This document shows positions 18,762 through 27,521 of a stretch of 64,000 bases of DNA, piece after piece. The number at the start of each line of letters is the position of its first letter. Within the stretch, counting starts at the first letter, position 1. A model generated the notes under the pieces. That model saw only the letters and a list, made by a program, of their open reading frames with translations, was not told the origin of the DNA and did no database searches. Made by a program: the position numbers and the translations under genes. The stretch comes from Clostridia bacterium (GTDB taxonomy: Bacteria; Bacillota; Clostridia; Christensenellales; Borkfalkiaceae): assembly GCA_017503525.1 (NCBI GenBank), contig JAFVTA010000061.1, forward strand, positions 8,040 through 72,039, read 5' to 3'.

Positions 18762-18890
18762 CTGGAAGTCCAGAAACTCAGTTTCTGGCGGATTGCAAAG
18801 GCAGAGCCTTGCCGAGGTGTGGAGCAGCGCTCCACAAAAAAGGTACCCCCTAAAAGCAACCGTTAGGTTGCGCACAACGCCGCAGGCGTT
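18762..18890 (-). repeat. Family-2 mosaic multi-hairpin repeat, copy 1 (ruvA-ruvB spacer)
   Basis: Five consecutive hairpins: 18876..18890, 18856..18871, 18819..18835, 18795..18812, 18770..18788. Same architecture as 58728..58846 and 61466..61588. Confidence 0.65.
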
Positions 18891-19503
18891 AAATCCCGCC
18901 CTGCAAAGCCTTCATAATCACTTCTTCCATCGAAGCCGCGCCGTTTTCGCGCGCTTTTTTCACGGCGTTCGTGCTTTCGGCTTTCGTAAAACCCAGCCCC
19001 ATCAGCGCGGATACCGCCTCTTCGTCCGCTTTGGAGAGTTTGATCGCAGGCGCGCTTTCCGCCGTGGCGGTCAGAGTATCTTCGCTCGCGCTCATAACCT
19101 CTACCGCGGAAATTTTGCCGTGCAATTCCAAAACGATTTTTTCCGCCGTCTTTTTCCCTAAGCCCTTGACGGCAGACAATCTCTTAACGTCCGCCGTAGC
19201 GATTGCAAGCGCAAATTCGTCCGCCGAAAGGGCAGCTAAAATAGCAATCCCAAGCTTGGGGCCGACCCCCGATACCGTAATCAGTTTTAAGAACAGCTCC
19301 TTTTCCTTCACGCTTTCAAAGCCGAACAAGGTCACGCCGTCCTCTTTAACCTGCAAATAGGTATACAGCTCGCCTACCGCACCTACCGTAAGTTTACGGA
19401 ATGCTCCGCCCGAACAGTACGCCTCATATCCCACGCCGTTGACGTCCAAAATCGCCGTTTCCGCCGTCGTGGTCAATACTTTTCCTCTTAAATACGCTAT
19501 CAT
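18889..19503 (-). CDS. ruvA: Holliday junction DNA helicase subunit RuvA
   Basis: 204-aa ORF with MIAYLRGKV N-terminus and HhH motifs (GVGPKLG, VKGLGKKTAEKI). Confidence 0.95.
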   Translation of the reverse strand: MIAYLRGKVLTTTAETAILDVNGVGYEAYCSGGAFRKLTVGAVGELYTYLQVKEDGVTLFGFESVKEKELFLKLITVSGVGPKLGIAILAALSADEFALAIATADVKRLSAVKGLGKKTAEKIVLELHGKISAVEVMSASEDTLTATAESAPAIKLSKADEEAVSALMGLGFTKAESTNAVKKARENGAASMEEVIMKALQGGI

Positions 19504-20207
19504 TTTTTATCCCCTTTGGGCAGTTTTACGGACGCTCGTCCTACCCCCGTCACGCCGCTAATACCCGTGGCATTTTGCAGGGCGTTTACGCTTTGCGCCG
19601 AGGAAAACCCCGCGCCTGATTTGGTGCGCTTAGATTCCTTTGCGCCTGCCGCCATCAATTCTTGATACGCGCTGGCAGGGGCGGCGTTGTTGCCCTTCGT
19701 TCTCGTCATATTGCCTACGGCAAACAGCTCGCCGAACCGACTGGCGTACCCGTGGCAAAGGGCAATCCCCAAAGCATCTGCCGCATCGTCGGGCTTGGGA
19801 ACAGCTTTTAAGCGCAGCATGGAAGTGACGACCGCCTGGATTTGCTTTTTGTCCGCTTTGCCGTATCCCGTCAACGCTTGCTTGATTTGCATGGGCGTGT
19901 ATTCGTATAATTTCCCGCATGCTTTCACGCAGGTTAAAAGGGCTACCCCTCTGGCGTGCGCTACTGCGATACCCGTCGTAATGTTCTTGGAAAAGAACAG
20001 CTCTTCCATAGCCACTTCGTCGGGCTTATATTTCTCTAAAATTTCGCGAAGACCGTCTTCGAGCATGGCAAGACGCACAGGCAAGCTCTCTTCCTTGGGG
20101 GTGACCACAACGCCGTGCGCCACCGCACGGAAGTTTCCGCGTTCGTCCTTTTCAATTACGCCGTACCCAAGAGTAGCAATCCCTGGGTCAATCCCTAAAA
20201 TAATCAT
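19500..20207 (-). CDS. ruvC: Crossover junction endodeoxyribonuclease RuvC with ~70-aa C-terminal extension
   Basis: 235-aa ORF with MIILGIDPG catalytic Asp motif and DAADALGIALCH. The tail after ~aa 165 is low complexity. Confidence 0.9.
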   Translation of the reverse strand: MIILGIDPGIATLGYGVIEKDERGNFRAVAHGVVVTPKEESLPVRLAMLEDGLREILEKYKPDEVAMEELFFSKNITTGIAVAHARGVALLTCVKACGKLYEYTPMQIKQALTGYGKADKKQIQAVVTSMLRLKAVPKPDDAADALGIALCHGYASRFGELFAVGNMTRTKGNNAAPASAYQELMAAGAKESKRTKSGAGFSSAQSVNALQNATGISGVTGVGRASVKLPKGDKK

Positions 20208-20240
20208 GCGCCTTTACAAACCCAAATAGTGTTTTACACT

Positions 20241-20269
20241 ATTATACCGCAAATTCACGCCCTTGTCAA
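20241..20269 (-). promoter_or_regulatory. Sigma-70-type promoter of the ruvCAB-queA operon
   Basis: Minus strand reads TTGACA-N17-TATAAT. Confidence 0.65.
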
Positions 20270-20334
20270 GCCTAACTTAACCACGGTTTTGCGATATTAT
20301 AGGATATTTTTACAAAAAAAGTGGCACACTCCCC

Positions 20335-20362
20335 TTGACAAACCCAAAAGCTATGTTATAAT
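20335..20362 (+). promoter_or_regulatory. Sigma-70-type promoter (extended -10) of the small ORF unit
   Basis: TTGACA-N16-TATAAT, with TGT directly before the -10 hexamer. Confidence 0.6.
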
Positions 20363-20472
20363 ACCCACGCGACGGACAGGGCGCGGACAAAATCCCGCCT
20401 GCTCTTTTTAAGGCTGTGCGGCACGGATACCTCGCGGCATTGCTCCTATTTTTTTTGAAAAGGAGACGGATT

Positions 20473-20673
20473 ATGAAATCTATGAAAGCGAAGGTTATCA
20501 TGTTGTTGCATTTGTTTGGACTCGACGTGCTCCTTTTAGGGCTTGTCGAGAAGCTACTGCTCGGGCTTAGCAAGAAGTTGGCGGCTCTCAAAGCCGCCGC
20601 AGAGGCTTCCCTAGCCCGATGCAGACAACGCAACGGACAGTTGTCCGAGAATTGCGCACATATAGGGGAATAA
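20473..20673 (+). CDS. Hypothetical 66-aa leucine-rich amphipathic protein
   Basis: AAGGAG RBS 8 nt before ATG 20473: MKSMKAKVIMLLHLFGLDVLLLGLVEKLLLGLSKKLAALKAAAEASLARCRQRNGQLSENCAHIGE. Has its own promoter and terminator. Confidence 0.45.
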   Translation: MKSMKAKVIMLLHLFGLDVLLLGLVEKLLLGLSKKLAALKAAAEASLARCRQRNGQLSENCAHIGE

Positions 20674-20684
20674 CCCAAAACAAA

Positions 20685-20726
20685 AACCCAAGCGTTTCTC
20701 TCCACGCTTGGGTTTTCTCTTTTTTC
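20685..20726 (+). terminator. Intrinsic terminator
   Basis: AACCCAAGCG/CGCTTGGGTT hairpin followed by a T-rich run. Confidence 0.75.
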
Positions 20727-20732
20727 TAAAAC

Positions 20733-20906
20733 TTATTCAGCTTTAATTGCGCCAACGGGGCAGCCGTCTTCGCAAGCACCGCAGTCTACGCATTCGTCGG
20801 TGATTACGTAAATACCCTTTGCTTCGTCAAAAACGATTGCGCCTACGGGGCAGGTATCTGCGCATGCGCCGCATGCTACGCATTCTTCAGTAATTTTATG
20901 TGCCAT
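20733..20906 (-). CDS. fdx: 2x[4Fe-4S] clostridial-type ferredoxin (57 aa, below the ORF-track cutoff)
   Basis: Own translation: [57 protein letters not shown]. Two CxxCxxCxxxCP motifs; GGGAGG RBS. Confidence 0.92.
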   Translation of the reverse strand: MAHKITEECVACGACADTCPVGAIVFDEAKGIYVITDECVDCGACEDGCPVGAIKAE

Positions 20907-20976
20907 GGTTTTGTCCTCCCAAAATTTTATTTACTCTCTTATTATATCACACTTTTTACGATTAGTAAACTGTTTT

Positions 20977-22116
20977 TTATAAATTTTTTAAGGAATTTAC
21001 CGTTTCTACAAAGAGCGCCGCCGCCTGCAGGATTTCCTCTTCGGTATTTTCCCTGCCAAAGCTAATTCTAACGCTCTCTTTCGCCTGCTTTTGCGAACGC
21101 CCCATCGCCAAAAGTACGTGGCTGGGAAGTACCGACGCGCTGGCACAAGCCGCCCCCACCGAAATACATATCCCCTGCAAATCCAGCTTATACAGCAAAT
21201 CTACGTTATTCACGCCCTCGATTTGTAAGTTCAAAATGGCAGGCAAGCGATTTTCGCCGCCGTTGATTTTTACCCCGTCCAAACCAGAAATCGCTTGCAA
21301 GAACAGCTCGTTTAAGCAACGGCATCTCTCGTTCGTCTCGAACACGGTAGCCGCATTTTCCTCATACGCCGCCGTTAAACCCACGACCGCAGGTACGTTG
21401 GTCGTGCCGCCGCGCAAACCTCTTTCCTGCTCGCCACCGCCGATAAGGCGCTCGATTTTCACACCGCTTTTAATATACAGCGCGCCTACACCCTTCGGCC
21501 CGTAAAACTTATGCGCGGACAGGGAGAGCATATCCACTCCCCATTCGTTCACGTCTATCTTCATGTACGGCGCTGCTTGTACCGCGTCCGTAAAGAACAA
21601 CGCGCCGTATTCGTGGGAAAGCTTGGCAAGCTCTTGAATGGGTTGAATGACCCCCGTTTCATTGTTCACCGCCATGACGGCAACCAAGCCCGTATTGCTA
21701 TCCAACGCCGCTTTTAAGGCGTTAGGCTCGACCATGCCCCCTTCGTTTACGGGAAGATAGACGACCTCAAACCCCTCATTTTGCAATTTTTCCGCAGCGT
21801 ATAAAACGGCGTGGTGTTCGATAGAGGACAAAATCACCTTGGTTTTACCCTTCTGCTTTTGCGCGTACGCACAGCCGAGCATCGCCCAGTTATCCGCCTC
21901 CGTGCCGCCGCTGGTGAAGTAGATTTCCTTAGGTTTTGCGCCCAGAAGGCTCGCCAGCGTATCGCGTGCGCTATCAACGGCGTTGACCGCCTTGCGCCCT
22001 GCCGCGTGCGGAGAATCGGCATTGCCGAACTCCTCGGTAAAATAGGGCAGCATTTTCGCCAAAACCTTGCTATGTAACGGCGTCGTTGCCGCATGGTCAA
22101 GATAAATTCTTTTCAT
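20977..22116 (-). CDS. nifS: Cysteine desulfurase (NifS/IscS class V aminotransferase)
   Basis: ORF 20977..22311 with start moved to ATG 22116 (MKRIYLDHAATTP). SAHKFYGPKG PLP-lysine motif and active-site Cys loop GAACAS. Confidence 0.9.
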   Translation of the reverse strand: MKRIYLDHAATTPLHSKVLAKMLPYFTEEFGNADSPHAAGRKAVNAVDSARDTLASLLGAKPKEIYFTSGGTEADNWAMLGCAYAQKQKGKTKVILSSIEHHAVLYAAEKLQNEGFEVVYLPVNEGGMVEPNALKAALDSNTGLVAVMAVNNETGVIQPIQELAKLSHEYGALFFTDAVQAAPYMKIDVNEWGVDMLSLSAHKFYGPKGVGALYIKSGVKIERLIGGGEQERGLRGGTTNVPAVVGLTAAYEENAATVFETNERCRCLNELFLQAISGLDGVKINGGENRLPAILNLQIEGVNNVDLLYKLDLQGICISVGAACASASVLPSHVLLAMGRSQKQAKESVRISFGRENTEEEILQAAALFVETVNSLKNL

Positions 22117-22359
22117 ATTGTATATTATATAAGGTTTCTTTGTATTTGTCAATTCTTTCCTAACCAATGCGCCAAAATAAAATTTTTTTGCCAATGTGGT
22201 ACTTTTTTTCAAAAACCCCTTGAAAAATGTGAAAAAATATAATATAATGGTTGCAATTATCGGTTCTTTGTGTATCCATGAGGGATAGAGAACTGTTCCT
22301 TGGGGAAACACGCCCCATCTGCCGATAAAAATTTTGTCACTTTAAGGGGGATTTTAATT

Positions 22360-24420
22360 ATGAGTATGAACGGCGAAAACATTCGTAATATTGCGATTGT
22401 TGGACACAGCGGCGAGGGTAAAACTACCCTTTGCGAGGCAATGTTGTTTAACGGCGGCGTGATCGACCGCATGGGCAAAGTACCCGACGGGACGACCGTT
22501 TCCGACTACGACGATTTGGAAAAAGCAAAGAAGATGTCTATCTACACCTCTTGCTCCCACCTTGTTTGGAAAGACGTTAAGGTAAACCTTTTGGATTTGC
22601 CCGGCTACTACGATTTCGAGGGCGAACGCAACGAGGGCTTGCGCGCGGCAGGCGGCGCATGTCTTGTTATCGGCGCGAACGGCGTACTTCCTATCGGTGC
22701 GGAATCGATTATCGATTATTGCTTAAAGCTTGGTAAACCGCTCATTATCTTCATTAACGGTATGGATAAAGAAAACGCGAATTACCTCACTACCGTACAA
22801 GCGCTCCACGCAAAATACGCAGGTAAAATCGCGCCCATTCAAATCCCTATTATGGAAAACGGGAAAATGCAAGGCTGTATCAACGCTTTGCAGGAGCGCG
22901 CATACCTCTTCAAAGAGGGCGGCCCTCAAGAAATTCCCATTCCCGAAAACATGAAAGCGCAGGTTGAGGAAATGAAAGCCTCTCTTATGGAAACGGCTGC
23001 GGAAAATGACGAAGTGCTTTTGGATAAGTACTTTGAAACGGGCGATCTTACCCGCGAAGAAACCATTCAAGGTATCCGTATCGGTATCGCGTCGGTAAAT
23101 ACCATTCCCGTAATGGCTGGCTCGGCGCTCACCAACCGCGGCGTTATCAACCTCTTGAACGAAATCGTCACGTACATGCCCCAAGCGCACGAACGTATGA
23201 ACACCATGGCGGAAGACCTCGCAAACGGCGGTAAGGTCATTTCCCTCCGCACCGAAGCGGACGCTCCTTTCGCAGCGCAGGTTTTTAAGACGGTGATCGA
23301 CCCGTTCTCGGGTAAGCTTAGCTATTTGAAGAGCTTCCGCGGCGTTTTGAAGAGCGGTTCTACCGTTTGGAACTCGAATACCGAATGCGAAGAACGCATC
23401 GGTCAAGTTTACGTGCTCCGCGGTAAGAAAATGGAGCCCGTCGACCAGTTAGAGGCTGGCGATATCGGCGCGGTAAATAAGCTTGGCAATACCAACACGG
23501 GCGACACCCTTTGCGACCCTTCCGCGAAAGTTAAGCTCACCCCTATCTTCTTCCCGAAGCCCACTCTCTTCATGTCCGTTTCCGCGGAAAAGAAGGGCGA
23601 GGAAGACAAGGTATTCGCAGGGCTTGCAAAACTCAAAGAAGAAGATTACACCTTCTCGATTGAAAAGAACGCCGAAACGGGCGAAATGGTTATCGGCGGT
23701 CAAGGCGACGTGCAGATTGAAATGCTCGCCAAGAAAGTGAAGGCTCGCTATGGCGTGGATATGAAGCTCTCCGAACCCAAAATCGCGTACCGCGAAACCA
23801 TCCGCGGCACGACCGAGGCAGAAGGTAAGCATAAGAAACAATCGGGCGGCCATGGTCAATACGGGCATTGTAAGATTCGTTTCTCTCCTTGCGAAGAAGA
23901 ATTCGTATTCGACGAAGAAGTCGTTGGCGGCGCAGTACCCAAGAACTACTTCCCTGCAGTTGAAAAGGGTCTTCGCGAGGCAATGGAACACGGTCCTTTG
24001 GCAGGCTACCCCGTGACGGGGCTTAAGGCTGTCCTCTACGACGGCAGCTACCATGACGTAGACTCTAACGAGCTTTCGTTCAAAATGGCGGCGTCAATCG
24101 CGTTTAAGGAAGGCTTGAAGAACGCAAAACCCGTACTTCTCGAACCCATTTACAGCTTGAAGATTGCCGTTCCTTCCGATTACCTCGGCGACGTTATGGG
24201 CGACATCAACAAGCGCCGCGGCCGTATCATGGGTACGGATACCGAAGGCGAACGCTCGATTATCAACGCCGAAGTTCCCCTTGCGGAAATCAAGACGTAT
24301 ACTATGGAACTTCGTTCCCTCACGCGCGGCAGCGGCAAATTCGTTTCCGAATTTTTAGGCTACGAAGACGTACCCCCCATGCTGGTAGATAAAATCGTTG
24401 CCGAAGCGCAAAAAGCGTAA
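22360..24420 (+). CDS. Elongation factor G family GTPase (EF-G paralog)
   Basis: ORF 22300..24420 with start moved to ATG 22360 after GGGGG. G1 motif VGHSGEGKTT, DLPG, and EF-G domains II-V. Not located in the str operon. Confidence 0.85.
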   Translation: MSMNGENIRNIAIVGHSGEGKTTLCEAMLFNGGVIDRMGKVPDGTTVSDYDDLEKAKKMSIYTSCSHLVWKDVKVNLLDLPGYYDFEGERNEGLRAAGGACLVIGANGVLPIGAESIIDYCLKLGKPLIIFINGMDKENANYLTTVQALHAKYAGKIAPIQIPIMENGKMQGCINALQERAYLFKEGGPQEIPIPENMKAQVEEMKASLMETAAENDEVLLDKYFETGDLTREETIQGIRIGIASVNTIPVMAGSALTNRGVINLLNEIVTYMPQAHERMNTMAEDLANGGKVISLRTEADAPFAAQVFKTVIDPFSGKLSYLKSFRGVLKSGSTVWNSNTECEERIGQVYVLRGKKMEPVDQLEAGDIGAVNKLGNTNTGDTLCDPSAKVKLTPIFFPKPTLFMSVSAEKKGEEDKVFAGLAKLKEEDYTFSIEKNAETGEMVIGGQGDVQIEMLAKKVKARYGVDMKLSEPKIAYRETIRGTTEAEGKHKKQSGGHGQYGHCKIRFSPCEEEFVFDEEVVGGAVPKNYFPAVEKGLREAMEHGPLAGYPVTGLKAVLYDGSYHDVDSNELSFKMAASIAFKEGLKNAKPVLLEPIYSLKIAVPSDYLGDVMGDINKRRGRIMGTDTEGERSIINAEVPLAEIKTYTMELRSLTRGSGKFVSEFLGYEDVPPMLVDKIVAEAQKA

Positions 24421-24430
24421 GGCACACGTT

Positions 24431-24468
24431 AAAAGCCCTTTGGATCCCCCTCCAAAGGGCTTTTATTT
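24431..24468 (+). terminator. Intrinsic terminator
   Basis: AAAAGCCCTTTGGA/TCCAAAGGGCTTTT hairpin with T-rich tail. Confidence 0.8.
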
Positions 24469-24505
24469 GGTTGCGTTTGTTGGACGGTTGTGCTATAATA
24501 TACCT

Positions 24506-25024
24506 ATGAAATACGATTATATTTCCCTGTACAATGCGAATAAAGCGTTTTTAGATAAGCATCCGCTATTAAAGAGAGCGACGGTGCTTTTAAATCCCTT
24601 TTTGACAGCGTTCGTAAGCATTTGCTACGCCTTCTTTTGTCTGTACGCTTTACGGCAAGAGATACTTGATCCCAAAGCCAAGGTTGCACTTCTCTTCGTA
24701 CCTGCCCTTGCCTTTTTGACGGTCACTATCCTCCGCCTGGCAATCGAACGCCCCCGTCCGTATAATGAAAACGGCGCGAATATCCAGCCGATTGTTAAAA
24801 AATGCCGCGCAGATACGAAATCCTTTCCCAGCCGCCATATGGCGTGCGCGGCGGTGATCGCAGTCACTTTTTTACGCTTTTTGCCTTGGGTGGGCGTATT
24901 GCTTTTGGCGCTTAGCCTCGTCCTTGCGTACACCCGTTTCGCCCTTGGCTTGCACTACCCTTCCGACCTACTCGTAGGCGAAGGCGTAGGGCTTATGATA
25001 GGTTGTTTGATTTTTATAATATGA
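24506..25024 (+). CDS. PAP2 family phosphatase (membrane)
   Basis: ORF 24398..25024 with start moved to ATG 24506 (MKYDYISLY). PAP2 motifs KSFPSRH and GLHYPSD. Confidence 0.85.
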   Translation: MKYDYISLYNANKAFLDKHPLLKRATVLLNPFLTAFVSICYAFFCLYALRQEILDPKAKVALLFVPALAFLTVTILRLAIERPRPYNENGANIQPIVKKCRADTKSFPSRHMACAAVIAVTFLRFLPWVGVLLLALSLVLAYTRFALGLHYPSDLLVGEGVGLMIGCLIFII

Positions 25025-25710
25025 GAAGAATATTTTTTATCATTTTAGCCGTCGTATTCGTTATGTTCGGCGGTTGCAACAACGAGGATAAAGAGCTTGA
25101 GGCTTGGATTCAAGCGTATCGTGCAAGCAAACTCGATTCCTACCAAACGGAAAACGAGAAATACGCCGATTTTGAAGTGGATGTCGCCTTTCTTGGGGAC
25201 AGCTTAACGGACGGGTACGATTTGCCCAAATACTATCCGCAATACGTAGTCGTCAACCGCGGTATCGGCGGTGAAACGACGACGGGCTTGGAAGCGCGTA
25301 TGCAGGTTTCCCTCTACGATTTACAGCCTAAGGTGGCGGTGATGCTTATCGGCGCAAACAATATGTCCTCTATGTTCGATAATTACGAAAACCTGTTAAA
25401 GGGCATGGCCATGTATGCGCCGAATACCAAAGTTATCCTTCTGTCTCTCACTTGTATGAGCAAGGACTGGGGTAAGAATAACGAGCTTGCGGCGTATAAC
25501 AACGTCAAGATTAAAAAGTTTGCGGAACAGTATTCCTTCGCGTTTGTGGACTTGTACTCCCCGCTTATGAACTTGGCAACGGGTAAGATTTACGACGAAT
25601 ACACCACGGACGGCGGACATTTAACACCGCTTGGCTACCAAGTATTAACAGGGGAAATTACCCCCGTCATAGAAGAGCAGTTAGCCTTATGGCATGCGGA
25701 ACGTGAATAA
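25021..25710 (+). CDS. SGNH/GDSL hydrolase lipoprotein
   Basis: Start moved to ATG 25021 (MRRIFFIILAVVFVMFGGC lipobox). FLGDSLTDG block I and DGGHLT block V. Confidence 0.85.
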   Translation: MRRIFFIILAVVFVMFGGCNNEDKELEAWIQAYRASKLDSYQTENEKYADFEVDVAFLGDSLTDGYDLPKYYPQYVVVNRGIGGETTTGLEARMQVSLYDLQPKVAVMLIGANNMSSMFDNYENLLKGMAMYAPNTKVILLSLTCMSKDWGKNNELAAYNNVKIKKFAEQYSFAFVDLYSPLMNLATGKIYDEYTTDGGHLTPLGYQVLTGEITPVIEEQLALWHAERE

Positions 25711-25713
25711 GGA

Positions 25714-25746
25714 AAACGGGACGGATATCCGTCCCGTTTATTTTTT
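25714..25746. terminator. Bidirectional intrinsic terminator
   Basis: AAACGGGACGG/CCGTCCCGTTT hairpin between convergent genes. Confidence 0.8.
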
Positions 25747-25747
25747 A

Positions 25748-26587
25748 TCATTTCATTACGCCCATATCCAACAGCACGTCGGAAAGTAAGGCAAGCCGTT
25801 CGGGGGATAAAGTTTCCCCTCTTGCTTTTTCGTCCACGCCTGCTTGAGCTAACGCTTTCTTCGCCTCTTCGCGCGAAAGCTTAAAGAAATTGACGAGGTT
25901 GTTTTCCAAAGTTTTCCTGCGGTTCAAAAAAGCGCATTTCACCGTTTGTCGGTAGGCTTTTTCGTCCTTCACCGCAACCCTGCCCCTCTCGAATTGAATT
26001 TTTACCACCGCCGAATCCACGTTAGGACGGGGATAAAATAAATTCCGCGACACCCTCTTTACAATCGTCGCTTTGCCTTTTAAGGCAATCGCCGCGGTAA
26101 TCGAACCGTAGTCCGCCGTGTTCTCCTTGGCGCAAAAGCGGTTCGCTACTTCTTCTTGTACCATAATGGACAAGCCCTGCACCTTGTCGCTCTCTTCCAA
26201 AAGCTTGGTCACCAAAGGGGTCGTGATATAGTAGGGTAAATTCGCCACCACCGTGTATTCCTCAATCTCCTTTTCAAACTCTTTTAAATCCAGTTTGTTG
26301 AAGTCGCGGAAGATTACCTCTACGTTGTCAAGCCCTGCCAAAGTTTCCGCAAGTACGGGTTGCAAATCCCTATCAATATCAAACGCGTACACCTTTTTGG
26401 CTTTTTCCGCAAGCGCACGCGTAAGCGTGCCTGCGCCGCACCCGATCTCCACTACCGTCGTGTTTTCGTCTATTCCCGACGCGTCCACAATAGAACGGAG
26501 CAGGTTGGTATCGGATATGAAATTTTGACCGAATTGCTTTTTAAAATGGAAACCGTGTTTTTCTAACACGGTACGAAGTTCTTGCAT
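25748..26587 (-). CDS. rsmA: 16S rRNA (adenine1518/1519-N6)-dimethyltransferase
   Basis: 279-aa ORF with KKQFGQNFI and VVEIGCGAGTLT SAM motifs. Confidence 0.94.
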   Translation of the reverse strand: MQELRTVLEKHGFHFKKQFGQNFISDTNLLRSIVDASGIDENTTVVEIGCGAGTLTRALAEKAKKVYAFDIDRDLQPVLAETLAGLDNVEVIFRDFNKLDLKEFEKEIEEYTVVANLPYYITTPLVTKLLEESDKVQGLSIMVQEEVANRFCAKENTADYGSITAAIALKGKATIVKRVSRNLFYPRPNVDSAVVKIQFERGRVAVKDEKAYRQTVKCAFLNRRKTLENNLVNFFKLSREEAKKALAQAGVDEKARGETLSPERLALLSDVLLDMGVMK

Positions 26588-26596
26588 ACCTGCTCC

Positions 26597-27517
26597 TTAC
26601 GAATCAGTAATATAATCGCGGATATAAAGGGGAATATTGATACTTTCCGCCAAACGCTTGCACGCCTCGACTTCCTCTTCCCCGATACAATCGACGATAG
26701 AGAAACGGCAAGGCACGCCGTTTTTTCTGCACAGTTTGGCAAATTCAAGCAAGCCTTCAAACCCTGCCTCTTTGAACTGCGAACGGCAAATGGGTTGATA
26801 CTTCTCCGCGCAGGACGCGTTGAGAGAAATGTTGACGAAATCGATTTTCCCTTTTAAATCGGGTACGATATCCCGCTTGTTGATAAGGTTGCCCTGCCCG
26901 TTGGTGTTTAAACGGGTTTTTAAGCCCTTTTCATGGAAATAATCGCACAGCGCAACCATTTCCGCTACTCGATAAGTCGGCTCGCCAAAGCCGCAGAACA
27001 CGACTTCCTTGAACCTTGTCAAATCCCCAAACCCTTTCGCCGCGGCAATGACTTTCTCCGCCGTAGGGTCGCCGTTTTTTAACCATAAATAATTGCCGTA
27101 ATAGCTTGTACGCTCGTTGCGCACGCAAAAATCACAGCCGTTGGAGCACTTGTTCGTCAAATTCACGTACAAGTTGCCGTCTAACATATACAAATAGGTA
27201 TCCTTACGGTTTTCCTCTTTGTTATTTCCCTTATTTTGTTGATTTTTGTTGTTTTGCGCCTGCTGGTTATTATTCGGCTTATTTTTCTTGCCCCCTTGCT
27301 GGTTTTGGGGCTGCTGTTGCTTTTGAGGCTGGGGCTGTTTTTGTTCCTGGGAACGGTTTTCCTTGTTTTGAGGCTTATTCTGTCCTTGGGGCTTATTATT
27401 TTGTTGATTTTGCCCCTGTTGATTATGGTTATGCCCCCCTCTATGGTGGTGCCGTCTTTTTCTCCCCCCGTTTTCGCCTTGCGGACGGGGTTGTTGATTC
27501 TTCTTATTTTCTTCCAT
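26597..27517 (-). CDS. Radical SAM protein (TatD-associated type) with ~100-aa Q/N/K-rich N-terminal extension
   Basis: 306-aa ORF with CSNGCDFC CX3CX2C cluster motif. Directly downstream of tatD. N-terminus is runs of Q, N, K, G, P. Confidence 0.75.
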   Translation of the reverse strand: MEENKKNQQPRPQGENGGRKRRHHHRGGHNHNQQGQNQQNNKPQGQNKPQNKENRSQEQKQPQPQKQQQPQNQQGGKKNKPNNNQQAQNNKNQQNKGNNKEENRKDTYLYMLDGNLYVNLTNKCSNGCDFCVRNERTSYYGNYLWLKNGDPTAEKVIAAAKGFGDLTRFKEVVFCGFGEPTYRVAEMVALCDYFHEKGLKTRLNTNGQGNLINKRDIVPDLKGKIDFVNISLNASCAEKYQPICRSQFKEAGFEGLLEFAKLCRKNGVPCRFSIVDCIGEEEVEACKRLAESINIPLYIRDYITDS

Positions 27518-27521
27518 GTGG

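Noticed and set aside
20369-20472. Two ACGGA motifs in the leader of the 66-aa ORF, suggesting a guanidine-II (mini-ykkC) riboswitch.
   Set aside because: The ACGG tetranucleotides are not presented as loops of GC-closed hairpins, because the flanking bases are not complementary. The downstream ORF is also not an SMR/SugE-type or other guanidine-related gene.
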